IMG/VR virus record: IMGVR_UViG_3300021962_008382
Location: 32,001-96,000 of that record
Direction: 5' to 3' (one strand)
DNA: 64,000 nucleotides
Source of the DNA: a virus
This document shows positions 7,367 to 15,704 of this stretch, piece by piece (position 1 is the first letter of the stretch; every line of letters starts with the position of its first letter). A program made the position numbers and the translations under genes. The notes under the pieces are model-generated. The model was not told the origin of the DNA, made no database searches, and saw nothing but the letters and a program-made list of their open reading frames with translations.

Positions 7367-7618
7367 CTAGCAGGTGAATCGACAGCGACTCTGCATAGCC
7401 ACGTCGCGGAACAACACCTTAATATCTTTAGTAACATCTACCATGGCAATACGGTTATAGCTGCCATCCATATACGAGATCTCTGCCACCGGTACGAGCT
7501 TACCACTGGCCGTCTCCTGAACCACGATGTTAGTAACCTCACCAAACCAATCGCTTGGATGATTCTTCAACGGGAACCGCACTCGATCCCCTACGCTCAG
7601 ATTGAATCGCTTACTCAT
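7367..7618 (-). CDS. Small SH3/KOW-like protein
   Basis: LSVGDRVRF; paralog of 5904-6137. Confidence 0.75.
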   Translation of the reverse strand: MSKRFNLSVGDRVRFPLKNHPSDWFGEVTNIVVQETASGKLVPVAEISYMDGSYNRIAMVDVTKDIKVLFRDVAMQSRCRFTC

Positions 7619-8073
7619 TACGCAGCCTCCACAATAGAACCCAACCGCTTCACCAGATCACGACCGTAATCCGTGAAGAGAATGCCCTGCATGTAAACCC
7701 AATGCTCTAAATCCTGTTCGCCCTGAACTAACCAGCGAAGTGCAGTCTCCTCGTCACCTGCTCCCATCTCAATGGTGTGTTGAACCAGAGCTTTGAACTT
7801 CTCTACTGCCTGAGCAGCTTCCTTCTTTTCGAAGTCGATAGATTCTACCACGCGATCCGACCATGCGATGCACTCTTCCTCGAGCTCAGCAATGGTCATG
7901 TTTGTGATATCCATCCGAACACGCCAGCCCTGAGCGTCCTTAGATGCATCTGAGATATATTGATACAGCTCCACTGCGTAGGCCTCCATTGCTACTTCAG
8001 GAGTGCTATAGCGGCTGGCATCAACGCCATCGGCGATTACGGTGTATCCTACGTAGTCTTGTGTGGTGTTCAT
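7618..8073 (-). CDS. Conserved phage hypothetical protein
   Basis: YISDASKDAQGWRVR and GAGDEETALRW; start moved to MNTTQ behind GAGGAG. Confidence 0.75.
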   Translation of the reverse strand: MNTTQDYVGYTVIADGVDASRYSTPEVAMEAYAVELYQYISDASKDAQGWRVRMDITNMTIAELEEECIAWSDRVVESIDFEKKEAAQAVEKFKALVQHTIEMGAGDEETALRWLVQGEQDLEHWVYMQGILFTDYGRDLVKRLGSIVEAA

Positions 8074-8098
8074 ATCGATCTCCTCATTTCGTACAGCC

Positions 8099-8127
8099 AT
8101 TATACCATGGTTACGACCAAAAGGCAA
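8099..8127 (-). promoter_or_regulatory. Early promoter cassette 9
   Basis: TTGCCT-N17-TATAAT. Confidence 0.85.
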
Positions 8128-8141
8128 CTGTTTTTTCAGGG

Positions 8142-8351
8142 TTACTCGTCGAGTACATGGTGCATAGTTTCGCTCAGGCGATCATATTCCTCGAGGAACT
8201 GTTGACAAAGGCTTCTCATGTATCGATAAGCACTGTACTCAGTTGAGTTCAGATCTAGATCTTGCCAGGTATTAGACTCTATCATAGCATCGACGCAATC
8301 ACGAAGATCCCCACTGGTATTCTCAAAACGACAATAGCTCATGTTCGGCAT
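8142..8351 (-). CDS. Small acidic protein, paralog of 5671-5904
   Basis: MPNMSYCRFENT; start adjusted. Confidence 0.8.
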   Translation of the reverse strand: MPNMSYCRFENTSGDLRDCVDAMIESNTWQDLDLNSTEYSAYRYMRSLCQQFLEEYDRLSETMHHVLDE

Positions 8352-8389
8352 ATCACTTTCCTCTTGTGGATTCCTCATTTCGTACAGCC

Positions 8390-8418
8390 ATTATACGGCA
8401 GTTACTTCCAAAAATCCA
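8390..8418 (-). promoter_or_regulatory. Early promoter cassette 10
   Basis: TGGATT-N17-TATAAT followed by the shared GGCTGTACG leader. Confidence 0.8.
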
Positions 8419-8432
8419 CAACAATAACATGC

Positions 8433-8873
8433 GGTATTAGTTTAAGTTAATCAAACGGATAAATACGTATATCCACTCTGCTTATTTCGAGAATATGATA
8501 TCTTTCAAAGTGTTTATAATAGAAGGTGGTGATACACTTTCACCACAGCACAAACAAGCTATAGCTAGAGGCAGAAGAGGTTCTAGACATTCGAGCACTA
8601 CTAAGCTTAAGATAGCTAAGTCCATGGAAGGTAAAAAGAACTTCGAAGGTGAAGAGCACACCGAAAGATCTAAAGATCTTATAGGCGCTAAGCGTGGCTC
8701 AGCCGATAGAATTAAAGGCAGGCGATGGATAGTCAATCGCCGCGGCAAAACTTACCGCAAGTATCAAGCCCCCGTAGGCTATAAGCTAGGCAAGCGTGAA
8801 TTTAACCGACGATAAGTTTCTGTATATTCTCTTCGCGATCTCTTACTTGTGGTATTAGTTTAAGTTAATCAAA
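8433..8873. repeat. Pair of 23-bp direct repeats (8433-8455 and 8851-8873) flanking a plus-strand gene
   Basis: GGTATTAGTTTAAGTTAATCAAA is identical in both copies. Confidence 0.9.
8495..8815 (+). CDS. Basic NUMOD3-repeat protein with a capsid-targeting-like N-terminus
   Basis: MISFKVFIIE; LSPQHKQAIA, HSSTTKLKIA, HTERSKDLIG repeats; GATAAATA upstream. Confidence 0.75.
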   Translation: MISFKVFIIEGGDTLSPQHKQAIARGRRGSRHSSTTKLKIAKSMEGKKNFEGEEHTERSKDLIGAKRGSADRIKGRRWIVNRRGKTYRKYQAPVGYKLGKREFNRR

Positions 8874-9153
8874 ACAACGTATACCTGTATATACTACGAC
8901 CAAAAGGCAACTGATTTTAAACTATTGATTTTAGTGGAGTTTTACCCTGTTTTTTCTCGATTTGCAATATTTTCCGACACTTACTCGATATCGCCGTAGT
9001 ATAATCGATTACGCGCAGTTTTTCTTTTTCTATATAATACCAATGTATCAGTTTAACGTTCTTAAATAGTAGTGTAATCTACTAACTAGTAGTGTATTCT
9101 ACTACTATTCGATCTCTTCAGCGAAGCTTCCAGCGATGTGGTCTAGCGAAGTG

Positions 9154-9420
9154 TTATAGCGAATAGCCATACTCTTCTACTAGTTTATCAAAGCGTTTCA
9201 GGGCTTTTTTGAGTCCTTTGCGAAGAGCTTTCACTTCATCTCTATGGCATTCTTTAATAGGACCACCGAAAGTATAATACTCAATATTCCTTTGAATGAT
9301 CTCTTCCCAAGTCTCTACTTCATTGACCTGACTCTGATCAGTATCACCGATCCATACAGTTTTACGAATACCCTTAGGGTCTAGATCTGCGGTACATACT
9401 ACGTCTAATACTGTTTTCAT
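9154..9420 (-). CDS. Hypothetical protein
   Basis: Translationally coupled to the paralog array. Confidence 0.7.
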   Translation of the reverse strand: MKTVLDVVCTADLDPKGIRKTVWIGDTDQSQVNEVETWEEIIQRNIEYYTFGGPIKECHRDEVKALRKGLKKALKRFDKLVEEYGYSL

Positions 9421-9671
9421 TATTCAACTCCGAACTTTTTTTCCACCGCTTCCATAGACTTATACCAGGCCGGTAGATTAGAAAGATCTATATGGTGTTT
9501 ATCCATCTGATCGCATAACTCATTTAAGCAATCTTTTACAATCAACTCGGCGAACTTTTGTACTTCTTCTAGGTCAGCATGACCATGAATGAAACATCTT
9601 CGCGGAGTTTCGTTATCCACATAGTTGAGCAATCCTGCATCTAAAGCAAGTTCACGAATTCGTTCATTCAT
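9420..9671 (-). CDS. MNERI-family small protein, copy 4
   Basis: MNERIRELA...KFAELIVKDC...FGVE. Confidence 0.85.
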   Translation of the reverse strand: MNERIRELALDAGLLNYVDNETPRRCFIHGHADLEEVQKFAELIVKDCLNELCDQMDKHHIDLSNLPAWYKSMEAVEKKFGVE

Positions 9672-9895
9672 TATTCAACTCCGAAATGTTCTTTAATGTG
9701 TCTAGCAATGATAGCACCCATATCATCATCACGATGACTATGTTTTAGTGATACTTGTTTACATTCCTTCACAATCAGCTCGGCAAACTTTTCTATTTGT
9801 TCATCAGTGAAAGCGGTAACTGTTCCGTTAGTGTAATAATCGTTTATCCGTTGGTATCCAGCTTGTAGAGCAAGTTCACGAATTCGTTCATTCAT
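9671..9895 (-). CDS. MNERI-family small protein, copy 3
   Basis: Same conserved blocks. Confidence 0.85.
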   Translation of the reverse strand: MNERIRELALQAGYQRINDYYTNGTVTAFTDEQIEKFAELIVKECKQVSLKHSHRDDDMGAIIARHIKEHFGVE

Positions 9896-10131
9896 TATTC
9901 AACTCCGAAATGTTTTCTAATCTGTTTGATATGTTTCATTGACCGTAGATACTTTTCAGTATTGTGGCCATCACGAGTAATGCCCATTTGAATAGTTAGA
10001 ATACATTCCTTCACAATCAACTCGGCGAATCGTTCTACTTCAGTCTGACTTAATCGCCAGTCTCCCTCGGCATCATATGATAACATACCTCCAGCAGCCT
10101 GATTTGCAAGTTCTTTAACTCGATTATTCAT
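9895..10131 (-). CDS. MNERI-family small protein, copy 2
   Basis: Same conserved blocks. Confidence 0.85.
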   Translation of the reverse strand: MNNRVKELANQAAGGMLSYDAEGDWRLSQTEVERFAELIVKECILTIQMGITRDGHNTEKYLRSMKHIKQIRKHFGVE

Positions 10132-10355
10132 TATTTTACACCAAAATGTTCTTTAATACCTCTCGCAATCTGCTCTTGACTGGGTTGGAACATCCATCGT
10201 GTTTCTTCTACAAACTTAGCGCATTCCTTCACAATCAGCTCGGCGAACTTTTCTAATTCAAACTCGGTGAATAACACACCATCATGCCTTCCCATAGCCA
10301 TTACATTACGCACGGCACCGACTTGCTTGGCAAGTTCTTTAATTCGTTCGTTCAT
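10131..10355 (-). CDS. MNERI-family small protein, copy 1
   Basis: Start set at MNERIKELA by paralogy. Confidence 0.85.
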   Translation of the reverse strand: MNERIKELAKQVGAVRNVMAMGRHDGVLFTEFELEKFAELIVKECAKFVEETRWMFQPSQEQIARGIKEHFGVK

Positions 10356-10480
10356 CTTTATCACCATATAATGCAGCGTGTAGTCTCTCAATTCGTTCTG
10401 CTGCTATAATCAATAACATCTGCAAAGCAATGTTATCTTGACTTTCACTGGCTTTTTTCAAGGTACTAATCAATTCTTGA

Positions 10481-10741
10481 TTAGTCATTTTTTACCTCTA
10501 CAAAAATACCCTCTTTGGTACTCGAAATACGAGTAATAGGCTTATTATCTACCTTATAGCCAATACTAACAAAGGGTCCACCTGAAGGATCAAAATAACC
10601 CAGATCAGTTTCGTCTAATTCTGTTTGCCCATCCTGAACACCAAACCTCATCCATTCGTCAGCACCTTCTTCCATATGGAATCGATAAGTGGTCTCAGAG
10701 ACCTTCTCAAACCAGTATTCTTTACCGTATCTATTCTTCAT
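10481..10741 (-). CDS. Conserved phage hypothetical protein
   Basis: MKNRYG...FDPSGGPF motif. Confidence 0.7.
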   Translation of the reverse strand: MKNRYGKEYWFEKVSETTYRFHMEEGADEWMRFGVQDGQTELDETDLGYFDPSGGPFVSIGYKVDNKPITRISSTKEGIFVEVKND

Positions 10742-10871
10742 TAATTACCCCAGTACCACCACAGGCATAGCAGATGTACTCATTCCCAGATTCTTCTTCA
10801 AATCCGTGATTACCAAACCCACCGCAACTGGGGCAGTATTCAAGCTCAGTCTTCTTACAGTATACGTTCAT
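10731..10871 (-). CDS. 46-aa DnaJ-type zinc-finger mini-protein (not in ORF track)
   Basis: Translated by hand: MNVYCKKTELEYCPSCGGFGNHGFEEESGNEYICYACGGTGVINEE, two CxxCxGxG motifs. Confidence 0.7.
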   Translation of the reverse strand: MNVYCKKTELEYCPSCGGFGNHGFEEESGNEYICYACGGTGVINEE

Positions 10872-11058
10872 AATAAACCACACAAGCTATTCCTATTAAT
10901 AACATAATCAACATATATACTCCCATCATCGAGCAGAAATCAATCGTGAATGACTCTGTTAAAGGTTAAAGTCATGATAGTCACCCATGATTTGACCAAT
11001 ACAGTATCCTATTACAAAAGAAATCGATACTGCCATCAACAACAAAAATAACATACCA

Positions 11059-11376
11059 TTAAGATCCTGTAGTCAGTATAAGTACGCCAGGTTGTCCCCT
11101 GCTTTTACTGAATCTCTCAATATACACATGATGTAAGTCATTACTCGTAAGAATACACTTATCTGCAGCTGCCCATAAATCTAACCAGCTTTTTCCGCAG
11201 ATAGGGGCTGATACATCGTTATACACTAACTCTACAGCATTGGGAAAAGGGTGAGGTTGATGGATTCTATTACCACACCAGACTTCGTAAATCGACCAGC
11301 ATGACGTAAAACCATAGCTAACTCGAATCGCTTCGAAGTAACTTAGTTTTTCTAAAAAGTTGTCCTTGTATTCCAT
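11059..11376 (-). CDS. Hypothetical protein
   Basis: WSIYE...SWLDLWAAADKCI...HHVYIE...TGS; has its own promoter. Confidence 0.75.
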   Translation of the reverse strand: MEYKDNFLEKLSYFEAIRVSYGFTSCWSIYEVWCGNRIHQPHPFPNAVELVYNDVSAPICGKSWLDLWAAADKCILTSNDLHHVYIERFSKSRGQPGVLILTTGS

Positions 11377-11400
11377 AATGTATCCTCTTATCGTACAGCC

Positions 11401-11429
11401 ATTATACCATGGTTACTACCTAAAATCAA
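11401..11429 (-). promoter_or_regulatory. Outlying early promoter cassette
   Basis: TTGATT-N17-TATAAT-GGCTGTACG. Confidence 0.8.
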
Positions 11430-11509
11430 GAGGCTAGGTATCGTGAAGGAAGTAAGCTATTAAGTAACCACTCACGAAAGCAATAAAAAATGCCAACAGT
11501 ATAGACAAA

Positions 11510-11962
11510 TCACTCATAATCTTTTTTCTTTACGATTTGTTCTACCAGATAATCTGACCAGCTATCTGAATGATGGCTTATCATTAAATCGTAACGTTCA
11601 GGTGGTTCGAATACCCTATTAGTATCTTCGTACCGTCCCTCTGGTATAGTATTAAGCCATACCGTGTAGTCAGGTTTTAAAATATCTCTCATATCAGCTA
11701 AAGGAGCTACCAGGTCTAACAGTATAACATCAGCTTTAGAATTGTTCGCTAGATATAACATCCTATAGCTTTGTCTAAGTCTGCCTTCTCGACTGAAATC
11801 CCAATCGTTGTGATCTTTTCTTACTTCATCAGCATTGAACCAGTCCACCGAGACATATCTCTCTAGTTTTTCTTTTAATTCTCTTGCTAGAGTGGTTTTA
11901 CCTGATCCTGGTAATCCCATAATTAAAACGGTTCTATACGGCATTGGATTCTGATTTTCCAA
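11510..11962 (-). CDS. cysC: Adenylylsulfate (APS) kinase-like protein
   Basis: MGLPGSGKTTLA, NADEVR, DFSREGR, FEPPE. Confidence 0.75.
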   Translation of the reverse strand: MENQNPMPYRTVLIMGLPGSGKTTLARELKEKLERYVSVDWFNADEVRKDHNDWDFSREGRLRQSYRMLYLANNSKADVILLDLVAPLADMRDILKPDYTVWLNTIPEGRYEDTNRVFEPPERYDLMISHHSDSWSDYLVEQIVKKKDYE

Positions 11963-12575
11963 ATTCTGTCATGTAGCTGCTGTCTGTAAACGTTACTCGA
12001 GTATTTTCTACTGTATATTCCGTCATATCAATTCGATAACCTGGGTTTTTAGAGATGGGATTATGTATCCAAGCATCATCATGCCAAATTATACGGTTGT
12101 TAGGGTAAAGAAAATAGTTACCTGAATCCTCTTTTATAAAATGAGCACACTTATGTTCTGGAGTCTCAGAAAAATTAGTGTTGAGATTGGTTCTGTTTTC
12201 CCATGACCAATCGAGAGTAAACATATAAACCCCGTAATGAATATCCCCTTTCCAATCTATCAGCTTGCATCGAAGACCCTGAAGTCTAGATCTCACGTTA
12301 ACATCAATATAAGGAGAAAAACAATCCCAGTACTGATGAATGTTTAAATCATAAACTGGAGCTTCTTTCTTCCAGGCAAAAGCTGTAATGGGGCGACGAG
12401 TCCAGTTTACCCCATTTTCTAACAAAGCTTCAAATAACGGAACTCTTTTTTCAATAGAGGCTACGGTATGAATATCACAGGGAGTATATTCACCGTGACC
12501 TTTTTCATGATTAAACAAATACTCGTTGCGAATATATCCAGTAACTGTAGGTATAGAATGATTAAGATACGCCAT
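11934..12575 (-). CDS. Conserved phage hypothetical protein
   Basis: YIRNEYL, WDCFS, YMFTLDW, EHKCAH, PNNRI motifs. Confidence 0.8.
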   Translation of the reverse strand: MAYLNHSIPTVTGYIRNEYLFNHEKGHGEYTPCDIHTVASIEKRVPLFEALLENGVNWTRRPITAFAWKKEAPVYDLNIHQYWDCFSPYIDVNVRSRLQGLRCKLIDWKGDIHYGVYMFTLDWSWENRTNLNTNFSETPEHKCAHFIKEDSGNYFLYPNNRIIWHDDAWIHNPISKNPGYRIDMTEYTVENTRVTFTDSSYMTEFGKSESNAV

Positions 12576-12786
12576 TTTTTAATAGTTGTACGTGAAGGAC
12601 CATATTTTCTACCAGAAGACTAACTAAACAGGCTTTTAGCATTATCGGATCATCATCCATCTCTTGACAGTGTAACGCCATTAAACGATACGCATCCTCT
12701 TTAGATACCTGAATTTCTGACCAATCAAATGAAATTTGCGATTCAGATTCTTTAGCTAGATCAACTAACTGATTAAGGGGAATCAT
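12562..12786 (-). CDS. Hypothetical protein
   Basis: ORF track; start adjusted to MIPLNQ. Confidence 0.65.
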   Translation of the reverse strand: MIPLNQLVDLAKESESQISFDWSEIQVSKEDAYRLMALHCQEMDDDPIMLKACLVSLLVENMVLHVQLLKNGVS

Positions 12787-13240
12787 GGAACGGGTTGTCG
12801 TACATATGTTCATAGGGAAGAAGAGATAACTCTCTGCTGAGCATAGCAATTGCTCGACAGTCTTCTAGTGCATTATGCGGTATTTTAGATTTACTAGAAG
12901 ACAGATCACGTCTTACCTCGCAGGAAAAAGATGGAACAGACATCATCTCCCCGGGTTTAGTTATAATCGATTGCATAAAATATTTAATATCCTCAGGCCA
13001 ATCTGATATCAGATTAAAGTCTGTATACCAAGCTAGAAAATACCAGAGTTTTTGTTGAAATATATAGTTAGGGATAGGTTCTTTATTGAGATAGGGTATT
13101 ACATGTTGCTCTACCCAAGGTTGAATTGGTTCAGATGTGTTTAATACTTCGTAAAATTCTGCTCCGTCCTCTGCCACTAAAGCCATGGAAATTAATTCAC
13201 CCCCATGTCCGTTAAATTCACAGTCGATGTATATGTTCAT
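12773..13240 (-). CDS. DEDDh 3'-5' exonuclease (Rv2179c-like)
   Basis: YIDCEF, LISMALV, HNALED. Confidence 0.8.
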   Translation of the reverse strand: MNIYIDCEFNGHGGELISMALVAEDGAEFYEVLNTSEPIQPWVEQHVIPYLNKEPIPNYIFQQKLWYFLAWYTDFNLISDWPEDIKYFMQSIITKPGEMMSVPSFSCEVRRDLSSSKSKIPHNALEDCRAIAMLSRELSLLPYEHMYDNPFHDSP

Positions 13241-13467
13241 ATTATTTTCTCTACAGATACCGCTTGTCTATATTCAGATTGAACTATAAAAACATGAAGA
13301 TTGTTGTTGCTATCCCAGATATTTAGTTCACCAGTGTAATCGTAATCAATAGCTTGTCGGGTTATTATTTCAGCTAGAATAATTGCATCTTGAGTTGATA
13401 GATCAAAATTTAAATGAGTACAAAAATGAGATCTAGTTCCATCAATTTCAAAATAAAATTTATTCAT
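13237..13467 (-). CDS. Hypothetical protein
   Basis: ORF track; ATGA overlap. Confidence 0.55.
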   Translation of the reverse strand: MNKFYFEIDGTRSHFCTHLNFDLSTQDAIILAEIITRQAIDYDYTGELNIWDSNNNLHVFIVQSEYRQAVSVEKII

Positions 13468-13584
13468 TATATTTTCTCTCTAGAACTGTAAATTCAAATC
13501 CTGAGTTACGGCCATAATGATAAGCTTCTTCGCGTGTGTTAAACCAAATAGTATGACCCATAGTATAAAAATAACAGCCGAACT

Positions 13585-13788
13585 TCATTGATACCTTCTA
13601 TTAGAGTGTTTTTTGTAATGATATTTTATATTGTTACTGGTTAATTTACCAGCGCTCTGTAAAGTTTTAAGTACCTCTATAAGTTCTTGTATATCTTTAG
13701 AATCTTTTTTAGGATCAATCTCGATATTAATCTCAATTTTTACTTTCATCCGATCTGGAATCCCTGGTTGTACTTTACTCGATTCCAA
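13585..13788 (-). CDS. Hypothetical protein
   Basis: ORF track; start probably MKVKIEI. Confidence 0.45.
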   Translation of the reverse strand: MESSKVQPGIPDRMKVKIEINIEIDPKKDSKDIQELIEVLKTLQSAGKLTSNNIKYHYKKHSNRRYQ

Positions 13789-13922
13789 CCCATTACATAC
13801 ATTTCACTCTTACCTTTAAGTAACTCTCTATCTTCCGGATCAACCATTTTAAGTCTATCTGAAGACATTCGAGAAGGAGTGACAATGTCTTTCTTTTTTT
13901 CTTTCTTAGCCATATAGATTTA

Positions 13923-14219
13923 TTAAAAAGAGGCCCATTCGTATATAGAGTTATTGGTTTTAAACCGAACATAATCACCATATTCCGTCTTACGAGACTC
14001 TATAATTTCTGTAATTACTGTTGTCTGCCACCAATCTTGACCGTACGTTCTAGTAAACCGGCTACCTACTCGCATAGCAACTCCAACAGCAGGGCGAGCA
14101 TCCTCTTTAACTTCCATGTGCTCTTTTCCCGTACTCGGATCAATAGTAAAGATTAAAGCCTGGCTCATAGAGCCACTATCTCCAGCACCATCCTGTGTAC
14201 GTCGCAAACTATATGTCAT
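13923..14219 (-). CDS. Hypothetical protein
   Basis: DWWQTT.ITEI...FKT.NS.Y.W; start adjusted. Confidence 0.7.
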   Translation of the reverse strand: MTYSLRRTQDGAGDSGSMSQALIFTIDPSTGKEHMEVKEDARPAVGVAMRVGSRFTRTYGQDWWQTTVITEIIESRKTEYGDYVRFKTNNSIYEWASF

Positions 14220-14220
14220 A

Positions 14221-14838
14221 TTAGTCCCATAAATGCTGATAGTATTTACCAAATAATACAAGACCGTTGTGAATACGATCCTGATGTGCTTTTAATCCTT
14301 TTCTATCTACTTTTAGATTTCTTAAATAATCTTCAAAAGAAGAACCTGCTTTAAATTCATCTTTGCTGTAAAATTGAGCTTCATTATCCTCTTTATTAAT
14401 GATCTGCTCAAATGACCAGATCATTTCATCCATTACCCAGTTCCATCGTTCTTCTAAAAAACTATCTTCTTCCTCAGTTACAGGAAATTGAGATCGAATA
14501 TTTCTGGGAAGATCTTTATCATTTACATAGCAGCAGCCATGCTGGGTTTCTTTAAGTTGTTTAAGCATAGGAACAATAATTAAAGCTAAAGTATGATCCA
14601 TACTCCAGGTATCATACTTATCAATTTTTATTTTAATTTTTCTTTCTTTATGGGCTTCCAACCATTCAAGAGCAAAACCCACCCAGGTATTACTTAGCCA
14701 TTCACCAAAATCTTCGACCCAGTTAGGATATATTTCTACTCCATACTTATCTTCCACCCGATCAACCCAAAAGCACAACAGTCGCGCTAGCTGATAAGGA
14801 CCGAAATAATTAGTATAAGGGCCAATGTTAATTTTCAT
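14221..14838 (-). CDS. Conserved T4-like hypothetical protein
   Basis: IDKYDTWSMDHTLALII.PML, WVMDEMIWSF, LFGKYY..LWD. Confidence 0.8.
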   Translation of the reverse strand: MKINIGPYTNYFGPYQLARLLCFWVDRVEDKYGVEIYPNWVEDFGEWLSNTWVGFALEWLEAHKERKIKIKIDKYDTWSMDHTLALIIVPMLKQLKETQHGCCYVNDKDLPRNIRSQFPVTEEEDSFLEERWNWVMDEMIWSFEQIINKEDNEAQFYSKDEFKAGSSFEDYLRNLKVDRKGLKAHQDRIHNGLVLFGKYYQHLWD

Positions 14839-15098
14839 TTCAAAAACTCTTTAAGAGTAAAATGAGCATCAAGAACGGATTGACCGTAGTTAAGAAGGGC
14901 GATAAACTCTTTTTCTGGTAAACAGGCAATTAACCTACCTCCTACCGATTCAACATAATAACCTTCTTTATTCAAACGCCAAAATGCTATAGTATAGCAA
15001 GTCCCGTTTTCTAGAAATTTAACAATTTCCGGGTCTCGATTACGGTCACTTTCCGATTCACCATGACGATATTCAAATGATCCAATACGAAGTTTCAT
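14835..15098 (-). CDS. Hypothetical protein
   Basis: ORF track; ATGA overlap. Confidence 0.6.
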   Translation of the reverse strand: MKLRIGSFEYRHGESESDRNRDPEIVKFLENGTCYTIAFWRLNKEGYYVESVGGRLIACLPEKEFIALLNYGQSVLDAHFTLKEFLK

Positions 15099-15297
15099 AT
15101 ATTTTACATTAAAGTGATAAGAGGGGCCACATATGGAAATAGAATAATTACAGCGAAAGTACTAATTGTAATAACAGTTTCAATACAGATTTGATTTACA
15201 GTTTTCATTGGGTTTCCTATGAATTAATTTCGTTGAGTTGACTCTTGTAAAGTCAACCCTATTTATATTCTCATATGGTTATACGAGAATAATTAAA

Positions 15298-15531
15298 TTA
15301 TAAATTGTTACTGCTTAATGTTCTACTATTTTTTTTTAACCTCTCTTTTTCTTGTTCCGTCTGTTCGTTACGAAGTCTAATAGTAGTAGGGCTTAAATAA
15401 CATAAAGCTTCTACCAAATGCTGTCTAGTAAGCTCGCTGATCTCACCTTTACCATCCAACAACGCTTTGGCAATATAACACCTAGCATTGTGAAGGCATA
15501 CAATATCTTCATCAGTTACTATATACTTCAT
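15298..15531 (-). CDS. Hypothetical protein
   Basis: ORF track; start adjusted to MKYIV. Confidence 0.5.
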   Translation of the reverse strand: MKYIVTDEDIVCLHNARCYIAKALLDGKGEISELTRQHLVEALCYLSPTTIRLRNEQTEQEKERLKKNSRTLSSNNL

Positions 15532-15694
15532 GGTTAGCCTCTTGTCGCACTTTATAATATTTAGTAAGCACCTCGAGGGTAGAAGTATTGTATTCCATAG
15601 CAATGTCTCTCATTACTTCCCTAAACTCATCTTTAGTGTCAAAACCACGAAGCATTTCGGTTTTTAACGTATCTTCTAGACTTATTCTTACCAT
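15512..15694 (-). CDS. Hypothetical protein
   Basis: ORF track. Confidence 0.5.
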   Translation of the reverse strand: MVRISLEDTLKTEMLRGFDTKDEFREVMRDIAMEYNTSTLEVLTKYYKVRQEANHEVYSN

Positions 15695-15704
15695 ATATAT
15701 TTTA

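Noticed and set aside
4300-8420. CRISPR array or integron attC array
   Set aside because: The repeats are -35/-10 promoters with RBSs, irregularly spaced by whole genes; no cas or integrase gene is in the window.
1003-8450. Plus-strand ORFs such as 1315-1887, 3127-3789, 5947-6573 and the MYSHYT-type ORFs
   Set aside because: They are antisense shadows of GC-rich minus-strand genes or translations of the promoter repeat, with no recognisable motifs.
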